Source: an uncultured Clostridia bacterium (GTDB lineage: Bacteria > Bacillota > Clostridia > Christensenellales > UBA1242). From it: 35,817 bases of DNA. The notes below the pieces were generated by a model. That model did no database searches, had not been told where the DNA came from, and saw nothing but the letters and a program-made list of their open reading frames with translations. Position 1 is the first letter of the stretch. Each line of letters begins with the position of its first letter. Of the stretch, positions 15,794 through 23,282 are shown piece by piece. Location of the stretch: assembly GCA_934771675.1 (NCBI GenBank), contig CAKVMF010000001.1:1-35817 (forward strand), read 5' to 3'. Position numbers and translations under genes: made by a program.

Positions 15794-16879
15794 ATGTTGA
15801 TGAATATAAAGTTTAAAATAGATGAAAAATCTTTATTTTATGGAATAAAAAATGATTTTGAGCGTGGACAAACAGCAACTGTTCACACTCCAATTAATCA
15901 AGCTTCAAACCCAAAAGATTGGCATAATGATATTTTACAATTAACAAAGCATAATTTGGCGGTCAAATTTTTACCAGATATGCTTTTGTCAAGATGTTTA
16001 AAAAATACTACTTCGCAAGCAAAAAGTATAATTAAACAATTTTTTGAATTTAAAAGCATATTTCTTGATGGAGTTAAATTAAATTGCAACTCTTCATTTG
16101 GGATGTATATCAAAGAAGAAACAGATGAATTTATTATCAAGAGAGATGGAACAAGAACAAAAAATACACATTTAGGTAGAATGAAATTGCATTACCCTAT
16201 AACTTTAAAATTCAAAAGCGATGGATTCAATGTGGATAACAAAGATGTTTTAGATTGCATTTTAAAGCAGAATGGTGGATTTGCTTATGTTGTCAGGGGC
16301 TTTGAATATAATCTTGAAAATTCAACATTAAATTTTATAACAACAATGGTCGGGCCAGAAAATATTTTACTTTCAAATGTGTTTAAAAGAGCAAAAGGAA
16401 CAGGCAAAAAACTATTACTTGAAGAATTTGATGCAAATGATTTTGAATTTGTAAATGATTATTTAGTAAACAAAACTGAAAGCGTTACAGATATCCAAAG
16501 TGTTTTTGAATTAGCAAATAAAACAAAAGTTGAAAATGGTGCTCGCGGGGAACAAATAATTTTAAATATGCTACATGACAATAATCCAAATATAACAGAT
16601 ATTTATCATACAAGTGTTGACTACCCAACATCTCCATACGATATTGAATATGTTGAAAATGGAATTAAAAAATATATTGAAGTGAAATCAACACAGGGCT
16701 CTAAAAAAGTATTTAATATGTCTGCTGGTGAAATTAAATTTATGAACACATATCAAAATAATTATATTTTATATCTTGTAACAAATGTTAGAGATTCTTC
16801 TTGTAAAATATTTAAATTTGTAAAAGGACAAATTGAAAAATTAAAATTTGAACATCCTAGCACAAGATTTTTTGCGTAA
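15794..16879 (+). CDS. Putative cognate restriction endonuclease with a C-terminal PD-(D/E)xK (DUF3883-like) domain
   Basis: It begins 9 nt after the methyltransferase stop. The C-terminus GARGEQIILNML...SPYDIEYVENGIKKYIEVKSTQGS...FNMSAGEIKF fits the D...E-x-K nuclease pattern seen in DUF3883. The likely start is the ATG at 15800, 7 nt after AAGGAG. Confidence 0.6.
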   Translation: MLMNIKFKIDEKSLFYGIKNDFERGQTATVHTPINQASNPKDWHNDILQLTKHNLAVKFLPDMLLSRCLKNTTSQAKSIIKQFFEFKSIFLDGVKLNCNSSFGMYIKEETDEFIIKRDGTRTKNTHLGRMKLHYPITLKFKSDGFNVDNKDVLDCILKQNGGFAYVVRGFEYNLENSTLNFITTMVGPENILLSNVFKRAKGTGKKLLLEEFDANDFEFVNDYLVNKTESVTDIQSVFELANKTKVENGARGEQIILNMLHDNNPNITDIYHTSVDYPTSPYDIEYVENGIKKYIEVKSTQGSKKVFNMSAGEIKFMNTYQNNYILYLVTNVRDSSCKIFKFVKGQIEKLKFEHPSTRFFA

Positions 16880-16884
16880 TTAAA

Positions 16885-16918
16885 AGACCACCTATTCTAA
16901 CGATAGATGGTCTTTTTT
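16885..16918 (+). terminator. Terminator after the R-M operon
   Basis: agaccacctat...atagatggtct hairpin followed by tttttt. Confidence 0.7.
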
Positions 16919-17032
16919 ACTGAATTTTATTAAATTTTTATGATATTTTCGCAAAATTTTAACCATTTTACTATAAATTTGCGATTTTTTATTTGATTTC
17001 CTTTATCTTTTGATTACACCTATCGTTAGAAT
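16885..17032. repeat. Second inverted repeat pair, related to 14496-14648, flanking ~105 bp upstream of the SLOG gene
   Basis: 16885-16913 (agaccacctattctaacgatagatggtct) shares 24/29 nt with the 14492-14520 copy. The partner 17017-17032 (cacctatcgttagaat) is the reverse complement of attctaacgataggtg. Confidence 0.5.
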
Positions 17033-17100
17033 TGATGTTTAGTAATGTTTGAAATTTAGCCGTCAATTATTTGCTCTTTTTTACTTAAAAGGAGCAAACC

Positions 17101-17556
17101 TTGAACGAGTTTAAAGATGATAAAGTTGTGGCTTTTACTGGTCATAGATACGAGTGGCATTGCATTGGCATAGAAAACAAATTGCCCGAAGTTCTAGAAG
17201 ATTTAATAAATAAAGGATACACCATCTTTTATGACGGACACTATGGTGCTTTTGATGAAAAGTGTGCACACGCAGTCTTACAATTAAAACATAAATATCC
17301 GCACATCAAACTAATTCGTATTTTAACATATTATCATCACGACAAAGAAAAATATGATTTGCCATCGTGCTATGATGGTTCAATATTTCCAGAGATAGAA
17401 GAATTGCATTACAAACAAAAAATCACAAAAAGGAACGAGTGGATAATAGACCACTGCGACATTCTCGTTTGCCACATAGAAGAAACCTATAAAAGCGGAG
17501 CCTATCGCACTTTAAAATACGCTCAAAAACAAAACAAACCAATAATTTACATCTAA
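17101..17556 (+). CDS. SLOG-fold protein of the YpsA/DUF1273 (SPbeta YoqJ-like) type
   Basis: VVAFTGHRYE..., DGHYGAFDEKCAHAVLQLKHKYPHIKLIRILTYYHH and the C-terminal SGAYRTLKYAQKQNKPII match the DUF1273 layout (TGHR, GxxGxD, LK..YP.IKL). The start is TTG, 6 nt after AAGGAG. Confidence 0.55.
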   Translation: MNEFKDDKVVAFTGHRYEWHCIGIENKLPEVLEDLINKGYTIFYDGHYGAFDEKCAHAVLQLKHKYPHIKLIRILTYYHHDKEKYDLPSCYDGSIFPEIEELHYKQKITKRNEWIIDHCDILVCHIEETYKSGAYRTLKYAQKQNKPIIYI

Positions 17557-17566
17557 AACTTAGTTT

Positions 17567-20212
17567 TTATATTTTTTTTGGATGAGTCAAATTATACTTA
17601 TTATAGTTTAGCAAAATGTCTTTTTCTTCATTTGTCATATCTAATTTTAATATTTCATCTTCTATACTTTTTAATGAATTGTAGAAATTTAATTTCTCTT
17701 GTTCACCATTAATTTCACCATAGCAAAACTCAGATTTAATATATTTGACTATATTATCTTTTTCTTTACTCAACATTTTTAGAGCAAAAGGTTTATTTAT
17801 TTGTATCATATTAATTATTGCATTTGTCATCACATAATCATTTCTAACTTCATTTTTACTTAAAGATTTACCTTTGTTACTTAAATATATTGCTCCATGC
17901 GGACACCAATAGCACAAATTCAATGATATTTTATTTATATGATTTTCTGAAATTTTAATTAAATCGAAAAGAAATTTACTATCATAAGAAAAGGCCATTA
18001 AAATCTCAAATTCATTTTCTGTATTCCATAATAATTTAATTGTATTTGATAATTTATTAATATTTACATTTTTAATAATTTCTTTACATTTATTCTTATC
18101 TAATAAATAAATAATTCTCATAAATTCAGATATGCTTTGCCAATGAAAAATATAATTATTTTCAATTTCTTGTGACAACTTGGAAAGTGAAATACTATTT
18201 ATAAATTTGCTTTTTATATCTGTATATTGTTTTTTTCTAATAAATCGTTGTTCATACTTATTATACCCTAAAATGGTAAATAAGAAAAGGTCATCTAAAT
18301 TAACCCAAACCTTCAATGGATTTAAATTAAGCAACGAGCATGTTTTTTCTATAATTGCATTTTCTATGTTCTTTAAGCCATTATTCTCATTGATAAAAAT
18401 AGCTGACAAATATGAAAGAACATACAAGTTATCCAAATTAGCATTATTTATTTTTAAAATAAATTTTTCGACGTCTAAATGCTGAGTAAATGTAATTCCT
18501 ATATACTTACTTCTATAAAGTATTCTATCAAAAAAACGAATAAACACATACAAATCTTTTGTTGAACTTCCATTAAATAATTCAAATATTCTTTTAAAGT
18601 CTATGCCTTTAAGATAATAATCAAGTATCTCATAGTTTTTTCTACCCGCTTCATTAATTAACATGTTTATAAAATCACCAACACAAATAAAATCTTCACC
18701 AACACATGAATTAATAACAGATAGCAATGCTTTCCTCGTGCTATCATCATGAACTATTTTATGATAGTAAGAAATTCTTTCTATTACAGAGAAAAAATAT
18801 GGTTCATTTTTCTTTTCAAAAACTTTATTATATATCTTATCTATTTCTTCTTTTGTAAACAATGAATAATAAACTCTATTAGTTTTATACTTAATTGAGA
18901 TTTCGTGGGGACTATTAATAATAAACCATAACAAACCAAGATTGCAAAAAGTGTTATTATCTATTAATGTTAGAAAACATTTATTTGCAAAGTCTTGATT
19001 GTCAAACGAAGATAAAATATAACTATTCAAAAATGAAATTGCTGTATAAATATGTGAAAACTTATAACTTTCATTTTCTTTTATTATAAATTTATCTTGT
19101 ATAATAAGTTTTTTCTCAAATTCATCATAATTAAATATTTTACTTGAAATTAATTCATTTAACTTCGAAATTAGTATAAAGTTATCTGCTGACAAAATTT
19201 GATAAATAGCTATTACAGCCAACAAGTCAAGAAATTCATCTTTTTTATAATCTTCCATTTTTGTTTTTATATAATCAGATGCTCCTCTGATTATATAATT
19301 AAAATAGTATGGTGACTTTTGACTTGCCGCTTTGTTGATTAACCATGAAAATGATGTATCGCCAAAATTGAATCCAACTTTTTTATTAATTTTTTTAACT
19401 ATTGGAATTATTTGTTCAGCATTTTGAGTATAATATTCATACAAGATATTTACCGATTGTTTTGATGTTATTCTTACACTATTCTCGTTTGAATTAATTA
19501 CATCTGTAAATACACAAATAACTTTACATTCCTTTTTTGCCTGCTGTTGAATTGTATTTGCAATATTTTTATATAAATGTGCATTATCTAAAATGTATAT
19601 TGCAGGAGAGAGCTCACTATATAAGGTTGGATTATCTTTTCCATTATATTTATAGACTTTATATCCTTTTTTTGAATATTCATATGCAATTTGAAATGCT
19701 GTAAGTGATTTTCCTGAACCAGATTCTCCAATTATATTTACATAATTTAATAATTCTAAACAGTTTATTGCATCCTGAAAAATATTTAATTTAGGGCATG
19801 CTTCTACATAATTTTGATTTAATCCCACACCAAGTATTGCACCTTCAATCCCTTGTTGGTTGTCAAAATTAATGTCATCCCAACATTGTTGTTTGTCTAA
19901 TGATTGAATTCCTTTTGCTAGGTTATCATTCCTATCTTTCACTATTTTTAGCCATTCATTTTTATATTTTATTACTTGACCGGACGTTAATTTTTTACCA
20001 AAACCTCCAGTAACTTGTGTATCGTTATGACATTGAAGACATAGAACAGCAAGGTTTTCGATTGAATTGTTAGATGGGTTTTCATCAATATGATGAATTT
20101 GAACATCTTTTCCTTTCTCTCTGCATACACAACAAGTTCTATCAGATAGTTTTAATACTTCATCTGAAAGTTCTATTGGAATCGGAATCCTTTGTTTTTT
20201 TGTTTTTTTCAT
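17567..20212 (-). CDS. HNH endonuclease + P-loop NTPase + long helical-repeat protein (881 aa), STAND/Avs-like architecture
   Basis: aa 27-62 is CCVCREKGKDVQIHHIDENPSNNSIENLAVLCLQCHN (Zn-bound HNH). Walker A is GESGSGKS (aa 162-169) and Walker B is AIYILDN (aa 204-210). About 640 aa of I/L/N/K/Y-rich predicted-helical sequence follows. AAGGAGG RBS. Confidence 0.7.
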   Translation of the reverse strand: MKKTKKQRIPIPIELSDEVLKLSDRTCCVCREKGKDVQIHHIDENPSNNSIENLAVLCLQCHNDTQVTGGFGKKLTSGQVIKYKNEWLKIVKDRNDNLAKGIQSLDKQQCWDDINFDNQQGIEGAILGVGLNQNYVEACPKLNIFQDAINCLELLNYVNIIGESGSGKSLTAFQIAYEYSKKGYKVYKYNGKDNPTLYSELSPAIYILDNAHLYKNIANTIQQQAKKECKVICVFTDVINSNENSVRITSKQSVNILYEYYTQNAEQIIPIVKKINKKVGFNFGDTSFSWLINKAASQKSPYYFNYIIRGASDYIKTKMEDYKKDEFLDLLAVIAIYQILSADNFILISKLNELISSKIFNYDEFEKKLIIQDKFIIKENESYKFSHIYTAISFLNSYILSSFDNQDFANKCFLTLIDNNTFCNLGLLWFIINSPHEISIKYKTNRVYYSLFTKEEIDKIYNKVFEKKNEPYFFSVIERISYYHKIVHDDSTRKALLSVINSCVGEDFICVGDFINMLINEAGRKNYEILDYYLKGIDFKRIFELFNGSSTKDLYVFIRFFDRILYRSKYIGITFTQHLDVEKFILKINNANLDNLYVLSYLSAIFINENNGLKNIENAIIEKTCSLLNLNPLKVWVNLDDLFLFTILGYNKYEQRFIRKKQYTDIKSKFINSISLSKLSQEIENNYIFHWQSISEFMRIIYLLDKNKCKEIIKNVNINKLSNTIKLLWNTENEFEILMAFSYDSKFLFDLIKISENHINKISLNLCYWCPHGAIYLSNKGKSLSKNEVRNDYVMTNAIINMIQINKPFALKMLSKEKDNIVKYIKSEFCYGEINGEQEKLNFYNSLKSIEDEILKLDMTNEEKDILLNYNKYNLTHPKKI

Positions 20213-20231
20213 TTTTCCTCCTTAGCAAATT

Positions 20232-20468
20232 TCAATCTTCCAAAACAACTACATTCACTTTATGTGAATAAATAGTGCAAGCGTCTATGGCTATCATATT
20301 TTTTGTTGTAAAAGGTTCAAAATTGGCTTTATCTCCAAATTCTTCGTATTTAATTGGGTTTTGTTCGTGCCAAAGTGCTGAACAATGCCAATGACCACAA
20401 ACTATTGGTTTATTTGGCTCGTAGATTTCATAGCAACCTTTAATTTTAAACTGGCTGTAATTTTTTTG
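20232..20468 (-). pseudogene. 5'-truncated remnant of a metallophosphoesterase (Ser/Thr phosphatase-like)
   Basis: The minus-strand frame ending at the TGA (20234-20232) reads ...KIKGCYEIYEPNKPIVCGHWHCSALWHEQNPIKYEEFGDKANFEPFTTKNMIAIDACTIYSHKVNVVVLED. This has a GHxH block and an IDAC block with a C-terminal beta-strand. There is no start codon, and the frame closes upstream at 20469-20471, inside the abiEii 3' end. Confidence 0.45.
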
Positions 20469-21312
20469 TTATCTCAATAAAAAATTCTTTACTCCACAAA
20501 TCAAGTTTTGTTTTGTCTTTTATGAAAGGCAAGACATCTTGTTTTGCTTGTTCTATATCTAGACTTTCAAATCTTTCGTTTAGTAATGCTTTTAGATTAT
20601 CAATAGTTAAATCATAATCTTCATTAATAAACTTTGATTGAACCAACTTTGCTTTCAAATTTTCCAAATTCACTCTTGCTCCAATTGACAAAAAGAAAAT
20701 ATAATCGTAAAAATCTCTACCTTTCACTCTTGATTTCCAATTCCTGCAAAGGCAAGCATGAATTTTACCTGCAAATAATGATTGCAAATCATATAATCTT
20801 ACTTGATAAGGAGAAGGCAACAATCCAAACTTAGTTTCATAAGTTGCACCAGTTGGTGGGTTAATGTCCACTTCAAACTTAATTCGTATAGCTTCTTCTT
20901 TATTGATAAATTTAGAATCTTCACTATCTTCATAGAAAGATAAAATATGTTCTTTTGTGTTACCCTTTAAGAAAGCAGATTTTATATTGGAATCAACAGA
21001 TTTAATTTTCTCTGTCACATTGAAATTTAAGCCAAGTGATTTTGTCTCGTTTTCAATATATTGAAAATATTTGGTTAAATCGAAATCTGGATTTTGTGTA
21101 ATTAATGAAAAATCTAAATCTTCACTAAATCTATCCAATCCATAAAATATTCTTAGTGCAGTTCCACCATAAAATGCCGCTTCTTTAAAAAATCCACCAC
21201 GAGATAGTCCACAAAGAACTATTTCTTGAACAATCTCTTTTATGGCATTCTTCTTGTCTTCGATATTGTTAATTTGATATTTTGATAACATCTGGCTTAA
21301 TACTTGTTGCAT
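20446..21312 (-). CDS. AbiEii/AbiGii-family nucleotidyltransferase toxin (type IV TA)
   Basis: FKEAAFYGGTALRIFYGLDRFSEDLDFSL is the G(G/S)...D-x-D Pol-beta NTase motif in the AbiEii context. It is followed by ...RIKFEVDINPP... and RVKGRDFYDYIFF. The ATG at 21312 lies 8 nt after AAGGAG. Confidence 0.8.
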   Translation of the reverse strand: MQQVLSQMLSKYQINNIEDKKNAIKEIVQEIVLCGLSRGGFFKEAAFYGGTALRIFYGLDRFSEDLDFSLITQNPDFDLTKYFQYIENETKSLGLNFNVTEKIKSVDSNIKSAFLKGNTKEHILSFYEDSEDSKFINKEEAIRIKFEVDINPPTGATYETKFGLLPSPYQVRLYDLQSLFAGKIHACLCRNWKSRVKGRDFYDYIFFLSIGARVNLENLKAKLVQSKFINEDYDLTIDNLKALLNERFESLDIEQAKQDVLPFIKDKTKLDLWSKEFFIEITKKLQPV

Positions 21313-21313
21313 T

Positions 21314-21901
21314 TTACTTTTCTCCTTTAATAAATTTTGCAAGTAAATTTAAGTTTGTTGAGTGATATAGTGGCGCAAGTTTTAAAATGTCTTGCTTGGT
21401 TAATTCGTTAAACTTGTCTTCATCTATTCTTAAATCTTCAAATAGCAATCTTTCTAAATCTTTAATAGTTTTCACGGGAGATATAGTATAAAGTTTATCG
21501 CAAAGCGCTTTTTCTGCTGTTGCCATTTGATATGAATATTCTTCATCTTGAAAAGCAAGGACTCCCAAACTAAATACCGCTTTAGGAATATCTCTATAAA
21601 TAAAAGTTCCAAAACAATTTGTATATGTCTTAATTTTTTTCTTATTGTAGGTTGCACATGTAAATGTGTTGTAAACCGCTTCGGGAATTAATCCTTGCTG
21701 ATACAAAACATAATCAAATGATAAATAAGATGGACCATAAATAAATTGTGCAAGCCTTGAACCATTAGTATTTGAATTGGTTTCATAGATTCCTTTTACC
21801 AAAGGAAATAACTTTCCTTGCTTTACATCTCTATTTATTTTTGCTAATGGATTCGAATAATCAGCATATTGTTCTTTTAATTGTTGAGTTGTGACTATCA
21901 T
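21314..21901 (-). CDS. AbiEi-family antitoxin / transcriptional autoregulator
   Basis: 195 aa, directly upstream of abiEii with a 1-nt gap. The N-terminal region MIVTTQQLKEQYADYSNPLAKINRDVKQGKLFPLVKGIYE is wHTH-like and typical of AbiEi_4-type antitoxins. The ATG at 21901 has a GGAGGG RBS. Confidence 0.7.
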   Translation of the reverse strand: MIVTTQQLKEQYADYSNPLAKINRDVKQGKLFPLVKGIYETNSNTNGSRLAQFIYGPSYLSFDYVLYQQGLIPEAVYNTFTCATYNKKKIKTYTNCFGTFIYRDIPKAVFSLGVLAFQDEEYSYQMATAEKALCDKLYTISPVKTIKDLERLLFEDLRIDEDKFNELTKQDILKLAPLYHSTNLNLLAKFIKGEK

Positions 21902-21910
21902 ATATTCCCT

Positions 21911-22010
21911 CCAGATAATGCAATTATATAATATTATCTGGGGAAAATCAACCAATTTCACGATATTTTCTCCAAATAATGCAGAAAAAGTGCATTTTCT
22001 GGAGAAAATA
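21911..22010 (-). promoter_or_regulatory. abiE promoter with two related palindromic operators
   Basis: Minus-strand -35 TTGATT (plus 21946-21951), a 17-nt spacer, then -10 TATAAT (plus 21923-21928). IR1 is ccagataat (21911-21919) with attatctgg (21933-21941), straddling the -10. IR2 is tattttctcca (21964-21974) with tggagaaaata (22000-22010), plus an inner aatgca/tgcatt pair. Confidence 0.6.
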
Positions 22011-22156
22011 TGGTTTTGTAAAAAATCATTTCACATAGTTTAATGATATAAACTAAACTGCTTTTAATAATTTTTATATCATTGCAATGATACAAGCAAC
22101 GATAATTTTTTACAATTACAAATAAAATAACACCAGAAAAATTCTGGTGCCACTTT

Positions 22157-22795
22157 TTATTGGAAGTTTCTATGATAAATTGTTTCAAGAGTTTGATAAT
22201 AAACAATTCTTGATTTCTTGTATGGTTCTTTGTCTTTGTTGTTAAGATATAAGACTTTTACATCTTCCCACAAATTCTTTTCTTTAATTAAGTCTTCAAC
22301 ATGTCTATGATTTGTTGCAACTTTTCTTAAAGCCCACGAGTAATTACCAGTATTTTTATCAAATCTAATATATTTTTGTCTTTCCATACCCCCTTCATCT
22401 TCATAGTAATTAACAATTGCAAAATCAACACTACAAATAACTTTATTTCTTTGTGCATTTAGTTTTTTTATTGTTATTACGGAAGTTGAATCTTCGGAGT
22501 AATCATAACTATCATCAAAATATTTATTAAATAAATCAATAAACTTTTGTTTTAGTAATTTTGCATTATTATATCTGTTGTTAAAAACTTTTTGAATTAC
22601 AATATTATAATCCAAGTCAAAGCCTTGATTACCATTTTCTACTCTTGTAATCAATTTTCTTTTAGCACTTCCAATTAAGTTGAATTGAAAAGTTAAAATT
22701 CCATTTTCTCTCAAATCTCTTTGAATAGATTTCAAAATTTCATCAACCTCCAACTTAAAAGGTTGATATTCACTTTTCGGTACATATTCAAACAT
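22157..22795 (-). CDS. Pol-beta-superfamily nucleotidyltransferase, family unassigned (212 aa)
   Basis: LIGSAKRKLITRVENGNQGFDLDYNI gives G-S ... D-x-D, and a later ICSVDFAIV strand supplies a third acidic residue. AAGGAGG RBS and an extended -10 upstream. Confidence 0.55.
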   Translation of the reverse strand: MFEYVPKSEYQPFKLEVDEILKSIQRDLRENGILTFQFNLIGSAKRKLITRVENGNQGFDLDYNIVIQKVFNNRYNNAKLLKQKFIDLFNKYFDDSYDYSEDSTSVITIKKLNAQRNKVICSVDFAIVNYYEDEGGMERQKYIRFDKNTGNYSWALRKVATNHRHVEDLIKEKNLWEDVKVLYLNNKDKEPYKKSRIVYYQTLETIYHRNFQ

Positions 22796-23020
22796 ATTTT
22801 TTTTACCTCCTTAAAGTTTGAATTGGAGGGGGATTGATAAATAATTTACCAATCAGGGAGCAAATAAATTTCATAGCCAATCCATTTGCAAGACAATTAT
22901 AACATAATATTTTTAATATGTCCATATCCGTTGCAATCAAATTTAACTAGCAAAGTATTAGATATTTTTAGGCAATTTTAGATAGTTTTAAACAGCCAAA
23001 GTATTGCTCAAAAATGGCCG

Positions 23021-23063
23021 TAGGTGTCAATAGGTGTCAACTTTTTTGAAAGGTTAACACCTA
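23021..23063. repeat. Clustered 10-nt repeats next to attR (candidate integrase arm-type sites)
   Basis: taggtgtcaa occurs twice in tandem (23021-23040), with an inverted copy ttaacaccta at 23054-23063. Confidence 0.45.
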
Positions 23064-23144
23064 AACTATTTTTACATCTAAAAAAACTAGTAAAATCAAG
23101 GGCTTTAAGACATAGGGTTATAGTTTTTCAAAAATATTTTTAAG

Positions 23145-23192
23145 TTGGTAAGGTGGGGGTCACGGGTCCGATTCCCGTCACCAGCTCCATTA
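23145..23192. repeat. attR: displaced 3' fragment of tRNA-Thr (48 bp, identical to 12676-12723)
   Basis: Base-by-base identity. The upstream nucleotide differs (g vs c), so the repeat ends there. Confidence 0.9.
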
Positions 23193-23200
23193 AACAAAAG

Positions 23201-23241
23201 TCGCTAAAACGCCTAAAATCACAGGCTTTTAGCGATTTTTT
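23201..23241 (+). terminator. Hairpin terminator after the attR tRNA fragment (probably the ancestral or previous tRNA terminator)
   Basis: tcgctaaaa ... ttttagcga stem with an inner gcct/aggc pair, followed by tttttt. Confidence 0.5.
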
Positions 23242-23282
23242 ATTTACAAATTTTAAGGACACGACTCTCTTCAAAAAACACA

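Larger units (their letters stand above)
12676..23192. mobile_element. Integrated genomic (defence-type) island in the 3' end of tRNA-Thr, ~10.5 kb
   Basis: Perfect 48-bp direct repeats, an integrase next to the tRNA, visibly lower GC than the flanking core genes, and a cargo of R-M, TA and nuclease/NTPase genes. Confidence 0.8.

Noticed and set aside
13422-17100. Integron-like reading: a tyrosine recombinase divergent from cassettes separated by imperfect inverted repeats
   Set aside because: The recombinase lies close to a tRNA att site with perfect 48-bp direct repeats, which is classic island integrase behaviour. The cassette carries its own promoter, and the repeats lack the R''-L''/L'-R' attC organisation as far as I can see. 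I kept it only as the inverted-repeat finding.
21958-22206. 82-aa minus-strand ORF overlapping the nucleotidyltransferase 3' end
   Set aside because: It overlaps the better-supported gene by 50 nt, spans the abiE operator palindrome, and has no RBS and AT-rich junk composition.
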